From Trichinella spiralis (Eukaryota), in NCBI RefSeq assembly GCF_000181795.1, contig NW_003526941.1:871151-891150 (forward strand): a stretch of DNA of 20,000 nucleotides, given 5' to 3'. The position numbers and the translations under genes were made by a program. How positions within the stretch are numbered: the first letter of the stretch is position 1; every line of letters begins with the position of its first letter. Positions 1 to 18,400 of this stretch are shown one piece after another. A model generated the notes under the pieces. The model was not told the DNA's origin. It saw only the letters and a list, made by a program, of their open reading frames with translations, and did no database searches.

Positions 1-170
1 TTTCATTTGCAGTCTTCACACTGATGATGAATGGAAAATTCAATTTTTGTTCCATCCGTCTGGTTGGTGTCCGTCCAAGCTTCACCAGATTAATATTTTA
101 ATCATCATTTCGCTGCACTGCTGTTGCATCCAGTTGGTTAGTGTTCATCGTTGATAGAATGAATGAATAG

Positions 171-198
171 TAATAACAATAATAATAATAATAATAAT
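171..198. repeat. (AAT)n microsatellite, imperfect
   Basis: taataacaataataataataataataat. Confidence 0.9.
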
Positions 199-3100
199 GG
201 TATACTGGCCGAGCAAATTTTTTTAAATTTTCCATAATTTTTGCATTATTCTCATTCGAAAACTTTTTATCCGTGAACGTGAATAATCAACTTGATCAAT
301 CAGAGGTAGGGATTGTGTTTTTATTTTTTTTCATGAATTTTCTGTAGTCATAATTTGGAAATATTGGTCCTTTAAGCATGGTAGACAGTTTACTTGGTTG
401 TGTGGCACACACACCACACACACAAATTGTAAGTACTGTCAATTGACGCTAATTTAAACATTGCTTTTTTATTTTAACGGTTGAATGGTTCTACGTTTAT
501 GCATTGTTAATAAGTATGAGAATTTTCAATTTTGCCTAATTCATCATCTCTGAATAAGCAAGCTGTTTGGAATTTGAACAAAAATTTCAACTAACTTTTT
601 CAATGTTCAAATTCTTTTTCATTCATCGTCTGTCCCTTGGCTGTATTTATCTTGTCGGCGTATATTATTATTATTATATTTATCTAATTTGCATTGATCA
701 GATATAGGGTTTTCTTGGTTTGTTCGATTGTTTTTGTTCGTTGTTATTCTGGGTTTTTTACGTCCAATTGGACGTAATCGAATACGGCTTTCTCAGACTT
801 AGCAGATCTCGAAAGCTGAGAAGTGGAACCAACTCTGACTGGGCGTTTTCAATCAGAAATAATGAATGCAATATTATTGAGAATGTAAAAAACTGAAATT
901 TTTTCATCGATTCGAAAATTGTTCGTTTGATGTCGTTTGATTTTGGTGATTGTTTTCGGGCAACAGTTTTCAACTTCACCATGAAAGCAATGATATATAT
1001 ATATATATATCAGCAACAAGTTTGTTGTTCGGAAATAATTCTTTTGTGTTTTATTGATTTTTCCAAATTCAAACTATACAAGCCGGTAGACGCGAATTGC
1101 AATGGCTTTTCCAAATTCGGCGGTAATTTTTGAATATTTAAATTTCTGTTTAAAAAAAAGTATCCTTCTCGTCGCCCGTTCACACTTTGCATGCTAACAG
1201 TGTTAATCGTGAATGAAATTAACAAGCGTGTCGTTTGTTGAAACGATTGTGTTTAATGGAGTAAATTGGCGGCCGACGGCCCAGTGTGACGACAATCAGC
1301 ATTTCATAATTTACCGTTTACATACGCCAACAACTAACTGCTTGGAAGATTTTTCCCCGGAGTGCTGCTGCCGAATATGACAATCGATTGTTAGTTTGGT
1401 GATCCGAAAAAAAATATTGTTTTTTTTATTTAAAAAAATTCCAATTATATATATATATGTATATGGAAGTGGTGTTTGTTCACTTTGATGTTACGTAGTG
1501 TGGTTTTTTTTATTGTGAAAAATGGGAAAATATTAATTTTGTGGGCAGTTTTTTTTCTCAGCGAAATTGTTGTTGCTTCAGAGATTTTTCAAATTGAAAT
1601 TGACGACAATTGAATGAATGAATGCGCATGCACGCAGTTGCCGATTGTCCAGCTTGATGACGTCATAGATTGTTCGATTTGCTGATCGTCGTCGTGAAAG
1701 CAGACGTTCTCTAGCGTGTGTATACGGTTTACCAATTTGCAGCTTTATCAACACTGAACTCTGCAAATAGCTAGCTGCACTGCATTTCGGTCGTGCTTTG
1801 GACCGGAACTCGGCCGGCGTGCATGCCGACGCAGCACAAACAAGACGACAACGTGCTTGGCGTCGTCATACAGTACGTTGTAAAAGAAAATTAAGTATAC
1901 AAATTTTCTTCGCTTCATTCAGAACGTTTGGAAAATTTATTTTACAAGTCGTTTGTTTGTTTTGCTTTTTTTTGCTTTTGCTTTATTCAGCTCGAAAATT
2001 TTCAATTGTCTGCTTTTCGTTGTATTGTGACATTTGAAAAAAAAATTTTTCACACAATACCGAAAAATGCATATTGTATGAGAAGAGATCAACGAACCGT
2101 TTAGCTGGTCGTTTTTGCTTGAATGCCAAACTGAGATTTATTTTTAGCAATCTTTTTCCAGCGTTTTGACGTAATAATAAGTCCAATGCGTGACGAGGCG
2201 TTTGAAGAGATTTTTGTTCAATTGATAAAAAGGAAATGTTGTTATTTAAGCAAAAATTTTCAACATTATTGAACTAGACCGTCGGTCAGTTAGCTGTACA
2301 AACGATGTCGTTGGCTTTCTTTTTTCTTCGTTTTATTTTGTTTTTTTGTGATTTCATCACGGCATAGTGAAAAGGCACTGGTCATGATCGTTAGATAGGA
2401 TCGATTGTGTAGGCATTGATTATATTGGATGAAGAAAAAAAGTCTTTGATTAACAACTTCTTCATCACAGCACGGCACGCAACTTCAGACGCACGTTTGA
2501 ATGCAAGCGTTGTTATTATTGTTGTTAAGTGATTACTTGATTTTATTTCAATTTTTCTTCTCGTTTCACCGGTGGCGCAGGCAGTGCTTTGGCTTCTAAT
2601 CCCACAACTGGCGTTTCTATTTTCCCACTGTATAATTAATTCGAGGCTAATCATTGATTATTTGAATATTTGCTTGTGATATATACATATATATATATAT
2701 ATATATATGTATCTGTATATAAATATGCATGTGCTGATTTGATGATGAATGCGGTTGCTGTCGCCGGATTGATTTCACTGTCGAATATTGCGTGCGTGGT
2801 GTTTTTCCATCACACCCGACATTGTCTACTCCAATTGAATTACTTTACTGTTACAGAGAAAATTTTATTATTTTTTTTCAAACGTAATTTCGTAAAAATG
2901 TTTTATAAATATGCATGAAAATGATACTTTCAGACAATATTCTCTTAATTAATTTCAAACATTTGCCTTTGGTTACGGTAAACACGCACACACCACACTG
3001 TGTATATATATATATATATATATAACTAGTGAGATGAGATGAGATGTATAAATTTATATGTAGCTTTTCAGATCTTTCGATAACAATATAATATTATTTT

Positions 3101-3348
3101 CATTTTGTGAATTTCAGTTTTCTTTATTTTTTTTGAAGTTTTCCAACGTTATTAATTACAATAATGAAAAGTGATCATTTTTCTAAGGTCAAGGACTGAC
3201 AAATGCGGACAAGTAAATAATTATTATTAATACATGACAGTTGTCTAGAGGTGTACTGTTGAAAATGAAAATTGAATTACTGTCATTTTGTTTTGTGGTG
3301 CATGCAGTTGGGTGTGGATTGGCAATTTGCTTTGATTGTTTCCAACAG

Positions 3349-3352
<4 letters not shown>

Positions 3353-3378
<26 letters not shown>
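3353..3378. repeat. (TA)13 microsatellite; (TA)15 in copy 2 at 5942-5971. Other (TA)n runs near 993, 1446, 2687, 3003, 5280 and 5592
   Basis: Direct count. Confidence 0.9.
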
Positions 3379-3379
<1 letters not shown>

Positions 3380-3728
3380 TTTATGCAGAATTTGTTGATC
3401 GCTTGATATTTTGATTGGTTTTATTTGATAATTGGTCGCGTTTCTTCGTTTCCGTGTTTGTTCTTCTGTCAGCAGCAGCAGTATCTGTCTGAGTTGGTCG
3501 AGTTTGATTGCAATATTTACACATTCGCTTGGCTAGCAGCAGTTTTGCTGTAGTTAGAATTGTTGTCGGCTGAGCTTGATCTGTCCGGGTTGGGGCGTGC
3601 TTTTGTTGTTTTGGTCAGTTGTTCATGTTTGCTGAATCGATCGTTCGTCAACGCACATCGCACACAATTCGCATCTTATTTCTTCTTGGTCGAGATTCAG
3701 CTTAACGAATCCCCGCGTCCGCCCTTCC

Positions 3729-3770
<42 letters not shown>
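3729..3770. repeat. (GTCT)10 microsatellite; duplicate at 6322-6363
   Basis: Perfect tetranucleotide run, same length in both copies. Confidence 0.95.
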
Positions 3771-4077
3771 ATGCTTTTCTGCTAATTTTCAAGCGCATGT
3801 TGGATAACCATCGTTGTCGAGAGTACAAGCCGGTCTGTTGAAAACTGACCACGCCCAATCCGGTTTGCCTTGACGAGTTCTGTCTATAATACCTAAGTTC
3901 AAGCATCAGTGGAACGATCGTCATCAGCTTGATTTTCATTGGCTTGTGATTTCAGCGTCCTCTGTCTGCTGGCATTCGCTGTGTTCTCTGATCTTTCCAA
4001 TTTTATTATTTATTTTTATTATTATGCTTTCAAATCGTATAAATAAGCTCAACGTAGACGTAGACTTCTTAGTCGCC

Positions 4078-4116
4078 ATCATCATCATCATCGTTGTTGT
4101 TGTTGTTGTTGTTGTT
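4078..4116. repeat. Compound (ATC)5(GTT)8 microsatellite; (ATC)6(GTT)7 in copy 2 at 6668-6706
   Basis: Direct count. Confidence 0.9.
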
Positions 4117-4437
4117 AGATAATTATTTATTTGCGTTTCTTTCTGCTTTCTGTTGATGAAAATGACAGTGAACAACATTCAGTTCCACTTTTACACTAGC
4201 GCGCAACCAGTTCAGAAGCTGACAAGCAGTACGCGATTATTATATATGCGAATGAATGTCTTTTTTCCAAACGTTACCCAATTGTTGTTGTTCTTCAATT
4301 CAGGTTGGTCTTGTTGTACAACACAAATTGGCAACACCAGTGCTGCTGTACATACATCTACATCTACATCTACATCTATATATAAATTAATTTTTGTCAC
4401 GCATAACAAGTACGGATAAGTTAGTTGGAAGAAAAGC

Positions 4438-4814
4438 ATGCAAGCAAACGACGAAAGTAACGCTTCGTCCAGAATTCGAGCCGAACAAGTGCCTCTGGTA
4501 GATAAGACTAGCAAGAAAGATGCAGTGGTCCAGTACAAGCGTGAGAAACATCAGCTCGATGATCTCAAACAAGAAATGGAAACTGACATGCATCAGATTC
4601 CCATCAACGAACTCTACTCTCGTCTGGAAACAAATCCAAATACAGTTATTATTAATTTATTCGTAATTTGCCGTGAGAAATTTTGGTTCAATTTTTTTCC
4701 AGGGTCTGTCGAGTGAGGAGGCGAAACGAAAGGTTAATACCCGACGGTCCGAAATGCGTTGGTCGCCGCCGACCGCAAACCTTCCGGGAAAGGGAATTAA
4801 AAATTTGCCAAAAA
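4438..4814 (+). other. Redundant copy of ATPase exon 1 (4438-4644), intron 1 and an error-laden start of exon 2 (4703-4814), truncated at the gap
   Basis: Exon 1 translation is identical to 7028-7234; the exon 2 copy is frameshifted by single-base insertions that increase toward the gap. Confidence 0.9.
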
Positions 4815-4824
4815 NNNNNNNNNN
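4815..4824. other. Assembly gap (10 N)
   Basis: Run of N. Confidence 1.
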
Positions 4825-5937
4825 GAAATGTTTTTATTAAGCAAAAATATTCAACATTATTGAAATAGACCGTCGGGTCAGTTAGCTGTACAAACGATGT
4901 CGTTGGCTTTCTTTTTTCTTCGTTTTAATTTTGTTTTTTTGTGATTTCATCACGGCATAGTGAAAAGGCACTGGTCATGATCGTTAGATAGGATCGATTG
5001 TGTAGGCATTGATTATATTGGATGAAGAAAAAAAGTCTTTGATTAACAACTTCTTCATCACAGCACGGCACGCAACTTCAGACGCACGTTTGAATGCAAG
5101 CGTTGTTATTATTGTTGTTAAGTGATTACTTGATTTTATTTCAATTTTTCTTCTCGTTTCACCGGTGGCGCAGGCAGTGCTTTGGCTTCTAATCCCACAA
5201 CTGGCGTTTCTATTTTCCCACTGTATAATTAATTCGAGGCTAATCATTGATTATTTGAATATTTGCTTGTGATATATACATATATATATATATATATGTA
5301 TCTGTATATAAATATGCATGTGCTGATTTGATGATGAATGCGGTTGCTGTCGCCGGATTGATTTCACTGTCGAATATTGCGTGCGTGGTGTTTTTCCATC
5401 ACACCCGACATTGTCTACTCCAATTGAATTACTTTACTGTTACAGAGAAAATTTTATTATTTTTTTTCAAACGTAATTTCGTAAAAATGTTTTATAAATA
5501 TGCATGAAAATGATACTTTCAGACAATATTCTCTTAATTAATTTCAAACATTTGCCTTTGGTTACGGTAAACACGCACACACCACACTGTGTATATATAT
5601 ATATATATATATAACTAGTGAGATGAGATGAGATGTATAAATTTATATGTAGCTTTTCAGATCTTTCGATAACAATATAATATTATTTTCATTTTGTGAA
5701 TTTCAGTTTTCTTTATTTTTTTTGAAGTTTTCCAACGTTATTAATTACAATAATGAAAAGTGATCATTTTTCTAAGGTCAAGGACTGACAAATGCGGACA
5801 AGTAAATAATTATTATTAATACATGACAGTTGTCTAGAGGTGTACTGTTGAAAATGAAAATTGAATTACTGTCATTTTGTTTTGTGGTGCATGCAGTTGG
5901 GTGTGGATTGGCAATTTGCTTTGATTGTTTCCAACAG

Positions 5938-5975
<38 letters not shown>

Positions 5976-6321
5976 ATGCAGAATTTGTTGATCGCTTGAT
6001 ATTTTGATTGGTTTTATTTGATAATTGGTCGCGTTTCTTCGTTTCCGTGTTTGTTCTTCTGTCAGCAGCAGCAGTATCTGTCTGAGTTGGTCGAGTTTGA
6101 TTGCAATATTTACACATTCGCTTGGCTAGCAGCAGTTTTGCTGTAGTTAGAATTGTTGTCGGCTGAGCTTGATCTGTCCGGGTTGGGGCGTGCTTTTGTT
6201 GTTTTGGTCAGTTGTTCATGTTTGCTGAATCGATCGTTCGTCAACGCACATCGCACACAATTCGCATCTTATTTCTTCTTGGTCGAGATTCAGCTTAACG
6301 AATCCCCGCGTCCGCCCTTCC

Positions 6322-6363
<42 letters not shown>

Positions 6364-7027
6364 ATGCTTTTCTGCTAATTTTCAAGCGCATGTTGGATAA
6401 CCATCGTTGTCGAGAGTGCAAGCCGGTCTGTTGAAAACTGACCACGCCCAATCCGGTTTGCCTTGACGAGTTCTGTCTATAATACCTAAGTTCAAGCATC
6501 AGTGGAACGATCGTCATCAGCTTGATTTTCATTGGCTTGTGATTTCAGCGTCCTCTGTCTGCTGGCATTCGCTGTGTTCTCTGATCTTTCCAATTTTATT
6601 ATTTATTTTTATTATTATGCTTTCAAATCGTATAAATAAGCTCAACGTAGATGTAGACTTAGTCGCCATCATCATCATCATCATCGTTGTTGTTGTTGTT
6701 GTTGTTAGATAATTATTTATTTGCGTTTCTTTCTGCTTTCTGTTGATGAAAATGACAGTGAACAACATTCAGTTCCACTTTTACACTAGCGCGCAACCAG
6801 TTCAGAAGCTGACAAGCAGTACGCGATTATTATATATGCGAATGAATGTCTTTTTTCCAAACGTTACCCAATTGTTGTTGTTCTTCAATTCAGGTTGGTC
6901 TTGTTGTACAACACAAATTGGCAACACCAGTGCTGCTGTACATACATCTACATCTACATCTACATCTATATATAAATTAATTTTTGTCACGCATAACAAG
7001 TACGGATAAGTTAGTTGGAAGAAAAGC

Positions 7028-12721
<5,694 letters not shown>

Positions 12722-13177
12722 AAAAATAACATTCGCACTTTCAAATGTAATAAGTTGAAATTTTCATTTCATTTTTTTATGCCAACCTGATCAGCACTGA
12801 CTGTGAAAGCGCGCTTGCACGACGACAATCTCACGCGCGATGATTGATTCTCAATGTTTCCCCCTCCCCCTCTCTTTTTTCCTTCACCACAAATTCGACG
12901 AAAATTTGTTCTTAAATTTTAGCAAAATCATGGGCGGCGGCAGTTCATTTTATTTTATTTTATTTTATTTTTTTTACATTTAATTCACGACAATGTACAA
13001 TTTATACAACAGCACTGTGGTGGTGGATGAAATGAATTGTTTTTATCCGTTAACGGTTGAGGCATTTTGTTATACATTTCTCATTTTACGATTTGCCGTT
13101 GTTGAATGAAGTTAGTGTTTTTAATTTTCCATTGTCGCTCAGTTGTGAAATGATTTTTATCCAATATAGAAAATAGA

Positions 13178-13183
13178 AATAAA
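13178..13183 (+). terminator. Candidate polyadenylation signal AATAAA for the ATPase mRNA
   Basis: First canonical AATAAA I found after the stop codon (~460 nt downstream); AT-rich context and earlier AATGAA variants make it uncertain. Confidence 0.35.
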
Positions 13184-13770
13184 ATCACAAATGAACACAA
13201 GTAAACAGTGCAAAATTCAATCCCCAACATTACGAAAACCTCTTTGCCGATCGATGTTTGTGATGTATTTGGGATTATCATTATCCAAGCTGCAAAGCAT
13301 CGATGCATGCTCAATCAATCAATATGTTTATAATTGGCAGTTTAGTTTAGTAAACTGTTTTGAACGTAATTCTTTAACATGGATGACACTTCATTGGTAA
13401 ATTCAGCAAAATACAGAATATTGTTTTTAAGAGAAAATTATTATTTTTTATTATTATATTACTTGAATTTAAAGGCAGCTAAAAGTGAACTTGAAAAGTT
13501 AAAGGAAATTGAACTTGATCGTCACGTGATTGGTACGATAGATAAGGTAATTAAAATTTTGAAGGAAAGTTACTGTAAGTTGTTCTTGCATGTCAAATTA
13601 ATAGAGCACACATTGGAAAGCATATCGTTACAAAATAAAAAATTAAATGATTTGAATTAAAAGATGAAAATGTGTATACAAATATACATGGTAAAAATAA
13701 AATATAATGCACGGTTTTAATGACTGAAAATAGAATGACCAATCGAAAGAGAATCTTCAGAAATTCCCTG

Positions 13771-13927
13771 AAACCGGCTCCATTATGCAAATAACGATCA
13801 TCATAAAGATGCCTTATCATCAGCAACGGTGCGCTTGTTTGTTCGACATACGTGGCAGGTCAAGTAGCATCGTAAAATGTTCTCTAATTTATTATGTATG
13901 GCGTCAAATAGTCACTACAGACCGTTT
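13771..13927 (+). repeat. Diverged ~150-bp direct repeat, copy A
   Basis: Shares colinear blocks aaaccgg, cattatgcaaataa, gccttatcatcag, ggtgcg.ttgtttgtt, tacgtggca, agtagcat, gttctct, ccgttt with 14398-14558. Confidence 0.85.
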
Positions 13928-14397
13928 ATAATTGTTGAAAAGTAATTCGTTTTTCTATTTCATTTTTGTTACTCATCTTCGAAATTTTCGTATGCCTATT
14001 TTGTAAATGTTACTTTTTAATTAAAAAGCAATTAATTATAATAATAATAATTATTATTATATTTCACAATTCATTTTTCAATTCATTGTAACCTTCACTA
14101 TGTGATAAAGTGCGAACATTTTCTATTTAATATTTAACATTATTGCAGATGTGAACAGTGGAAAAAAGTGTGTGTAGTACATACGTAGGTGTGTTTTGTC
14201 TAAGTGAATTTTGTTTTGTTATGGCGTTTTTTGTCAGATAGTTTATATTTTGACTGAATTTTGAATTTCAAGGTCATTTTTGAATTTTCAAATAGTCCTT
14301 TCCTTATTGGTAGAATTCAACAGTACATTTATTCTGTTCGTATTGTAAAATGGCTTAGGTTAGAGTTTATCTTCAGCCAAAAGCTCTAACGCACTAA

Positions 14398-14558
14398 AAA
14401 CCGGTTTCTAACGCTGCATTATGCAAATAATTATCGCTATAACGCGCCTTATCATCAGTAAGGGTGCGTTTGTTTGTTTAATTTACGTGGCAATTAGTAG
14501 CATTGTTGAACGTTCTCTGAGTTCATTACGGGCATTAAGTAGCTACGGAGGGCCGTTT
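14398..14558 (+). repeat. Diverged ~150-bp direct repeat, copy B
   Basis: Same colinear blocks as copy A, offset about 636 nt. Confidence 0.85.
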
Positions 14559-15487
14559 CAGATTTACAGACAAGTATTCCACTTTTCTGCTTGTGCTTGC
14601 GCTTTCCATGAAAAAATCGTGAGAGTGCATTAGTGCACGATGTAAAGATTGAGTGGGTAAAATCCATAAATTTTTAATAATTTTCTTCTGTATTTTGTCC
14701 GTGCATATAAGATAAAATTGTTGCTGGTTCCACACTGACTAAAGTGACAACCGTGATGCACAGTTTTTAGTACTTCAATCCAGCATGTGCATTATATTAA
14801 ATTATCAATTCATGATGCTTGTGTTTTAGGGAAATGTTATGTTTTGCCATTCTTCTGTTTTTTGCATTCATTTTTCTTCTTTTAAAAGTGGTTGATCAAA
14901 GTCTGATTGAAATGTTCACTAAACAATCAGTTCCTTTAAATTAATGAATGAATTTTGCTGAATATTGCGACATATTATTATCGTGCCAGTGCAGTCCCAT
15001 TTACGTAAGACACTATTTTATACTTCTTTAATTTACGCCATAATATTATTTGTGATAGATAGTGGCTTTGATCTGTAACGTATTCAGGATTCTGTCTTTG
15101 TTCAGCAATTATAATCTTTGTTGTTAGCTCATTACATTATTATACGTTTTTAAAGCATACATGCATTTCTAGGTCAGAAGAGTAACTTTATGCTAATGTG
15201 ATGGTAAACACTGCCGTTGGCATTCTGCTACGTGCACTTTGTGCTATTCCAATACGGTAGCAATGTTCCTTATATAAATTTCTGTTTATTGAAGGAACTC
15301 CATTATAGTATAAATGTCGCTGCTGAAGGCGGTCTATTTACTTACTGCATTGCGTTATTTGGTCATTTCGATGCTTCACTGCACATTACGTTGCGATTGC
15401 GAGACTAAAAATATGAGAACCATGAACATCAGTTACAAATGTATGACTCTACGCTTGCTTTACCTATCCTGACCGTCTGCTGACAGG

Positions 15488-15497
15488 NNNNNNNNNN
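15488..15497. other. Assembly gap (10 N)
   Basis: Run of N. Confidence 1.
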
Positions 15498-18400
15498 TTT
15501 TTTCATAACTAATGGTTTTCTTTCCTTTCTTCTGGCAAAACTGCACTAAAACATGCGCGCTTTTTAAGTTTTTTGTAGTTGCTTGATTTTAGTCTTTTTG
15601 AATGGAAACTAGCGCGTTGTTCTTCAGTAATGATGTTCAACTAATATTCGAGCCTTTATTACGGCCAAGCCAATATATAATAGTACTAATGGTATATTTT
15701 GCTATAATTTTCAATCGTCCTTACAAATCCATATGTAAAGTAGTACTCTGACATAGCAGTTGAACCCCTCCCGCCTTATCTTTACTTCCCACTGTAATGT
15801 TTATTGCTAAGGTAACATACTTGCCCAATTGTTTAAAGGAAATGTCTGTCACCGGGATACTGCTGTCGCACAATCACACCCCTAAATGCTTGTCACTGCT
15901 CAAATCGTGCACAAGATTGTTTCAGCATGACATAGGAAAGCTGCTGTTAGTTAGAGAACATACTTTTATACTACCACCTTTGGTACTTTCAGAATGGCAG
16001 TAACGTTCCCTTCATTTATGAAATGACTCCTTAAAGTTTCTATTATGTCATTGTACCGCCAATAGCACTGACTTATACAGATGCACCCATTTTATGTCAT
16101 TGAGAAAATATCTCAATGCCCATCAATGTTGTCAGTATTGATTAATAAAACAACGCCTGAATATTATACGTGATGATTGAGTGGAAGAACGCATATGACA
16201 ACTTCCACCTCCTCCATCCTTCAAATTCTAACTCATTCCTTCCTGCTATGCTGTCCCGTCCTCCTTTCCTTTCTAATGATCCCCATCATTCAGCGGTAGT
16301 AATACTAAGCTGAACAGAGATCGCATTCAACTGAAAATGCTGCCCACCCACTATTTCGAGCTTTATGAACAGCACTTAGCTGTTTTTATCTCATAAATCT
16401 AATTTCTGATAATTGTAATCGACTAGCAGTATAACAAAATCCAGGCTACTCCTGATTCTTTTGTTTTATTCTTTTCATGAAATGCAATACAGAATTGTCA
16501 CCCGCATAAGTTTCTTGAATTCATTGCAAATCGATCAGTTACTGAATTTCTGCGATTAGGGTTTTTCTCACATTGTATGATGTGCGCTGATGCAGTGCTC
16601 AACCAAGTTTTCAGTCTTGCTATAAATTATCCTAAGGCGCAAACGAACGTGGAGGTGAGCTGTCAAGCGGCATATCCCATGGAGCAGCCGCTTAACAACA
16701 TTATGTCTACGCTGCGCACTTGTTGACTTCTGTACTGAGATAAACTGCATATTACAAAATTTCATGACAACTGTTTAATTTTCCATAAATCTGAAAAAGT
16801 ATTTTATCTTCGCAACTATTTTCAGTGGGAGCTATTTGAAATTATAATTTTGATTAGAAGAAAAGCATTCATAAAATATAAATTTTTGAACCACCTTGTA
16901 CTTTCAAGCAACTAAATTACACAACATGCATAAATACGCAGTGATAGCATTTCCGTTTATTTTTAGTAATTTGCGATGCTTTATGTTAATAAGTTTACGT
17001 TTTGGGTAATGTTAGGGAAAAATTTGCATAATAATGCAATATTACGTAGGAATAGGAAGTGTGTAAATAAAAACGTAATAAATTTCATCGTCTCGTTTTA
17101 TAATGTTGCTCATAATGTTTATTTTACTGCGCTATTAGTGATGGAAAATTAGGTTATTCTTCCTGAAGCAAAGTAAATAGTCATTTGCATAATTTACTTA
17201 TTATACAATTGACCAAGCACATCGATTTTATTAGGTTATGCAGTTCACTGCAATGCTATCAATCTAGCACGTGGTCAACTATAATTGCGCTCTTCAACTC
17301 CATCCATGAATAACTGGTAAGTTGGATTTGATATTTTGGTGGTGGCATGCTATGCATGTTACTTTACTTATATGGTGAATGGAAACTGACGGGTTTCTTT
17401 TCTATTGTTGTTATTGCTAACTTTCAGGAACATCAGATGCTGAAGACGAAGAAGCATCTATTTCTGTTTTTATTTAGAGATGACTGCATTAATATAATTC
17501 ATTTTTAGAATTTACATTATTTTATTTTCATATCAATGAATATAAAAAATCCTATCATGAGAAGATGCTGCCACTATGCATCATAATTATTTTCATCAGC
17601 TGTTGATTTGCAATCTTGTTTATTCCCGTGAAATTTCCATAAAAATGATGGCCAACAAGCAGCTGCGCAAAGTGATTATTTGCGAGATATTTAGATTGTA
17701 AGTTAGCAACGCCGTCAGCAGCAAGTCTGTTATTGTATTCGTACGTGCAACTTAATGTAAGTAATATTGTAGATTGGTTGCCTTTGATTTTAGTAAATTT
17801 GAAATTTGAATTTTACATTAGAAATTTATAAAATTTATTCCTTTTTATCTTTCCTATTTATAAAATGGATGGGTAAAAAGAGTAGGTGTAGGTACAAGAG
17901 TGTAAGTAAAAAATATTCTGTTTATATGACAAATTACCTATTAAATAATTTCAACTTTATTCTTTCTTTATTTCTGTTCTGTTTATTTCGTTAGGTGCGC
18001 TTTATATGAACTCAGGATAGCGGTTGAAATGATACTTATGAGAAACAGCCGTATTATAAAAAGTGATTGAAGCCGAATAACAGTGCATCACGATGATATT
18101 TGAATTTCATTCATTTTGTAATCCAATGTTTTATTTCGCTGTGTTATTTAGTATTTATTTTTTAGTTTGACTATTGCTCTGTTCATGTTTCTACCGTGAT
18201 CAGTCATGTGTCTCAACAGTTCCGCTTTCTGGTTTTTTTCATCGTCACAGTAAGAATGAATTTTATGCACTTTGTTATAGCAATGGGTTGTGTCAGTGCT
18301 GTGGAACTATTTCTATAAATTTGAATATCTTTCTCTAATGGTGGTTCAGGTTTCCCTCAATGGATTGAAAAGATGTACAAAAATCTGTAAGTAATTGATC

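Larger units (their letters stand above)
2233..4814 (+). repeat. Copy 1 of a ~2.6-kb near-identical direct duplication (probable unmerged contig overlap or alternative haplotype)
   Basis: Matches 4825-7391 at an offset of about 2589-2593; the ORF track repeats almost identically; the last ~130 nt before the gap carry many homopolymer-type discrepancies. Confidence 0.95.

Noticed and set aside
4438..4868. A second, pseudogenised Na+/K+-ATPase gene copy
   Set aside because: Exon 1 translation is identical and the frameshifts occur only in the last ~110 nt before the N gap; better explained by read-end errors in an overlapping contig.
12803..12820. Imperfect 18-bp palindrome gtgaaagcgcgcttgcac in the 3' UTR, and a 7-bp hairpin at 16665-16693
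   Set aside because: Too short to distinguish from chance without conservation data.
14250..14295. Possible spliced-leader RNA gene (gaatttcaag|gtca)
   Set aside because: Only the exon-end resembles an SL; it is a local ttgaatt(t)tcaa repeat without a convincing SL hairpin and Sm-site layout.
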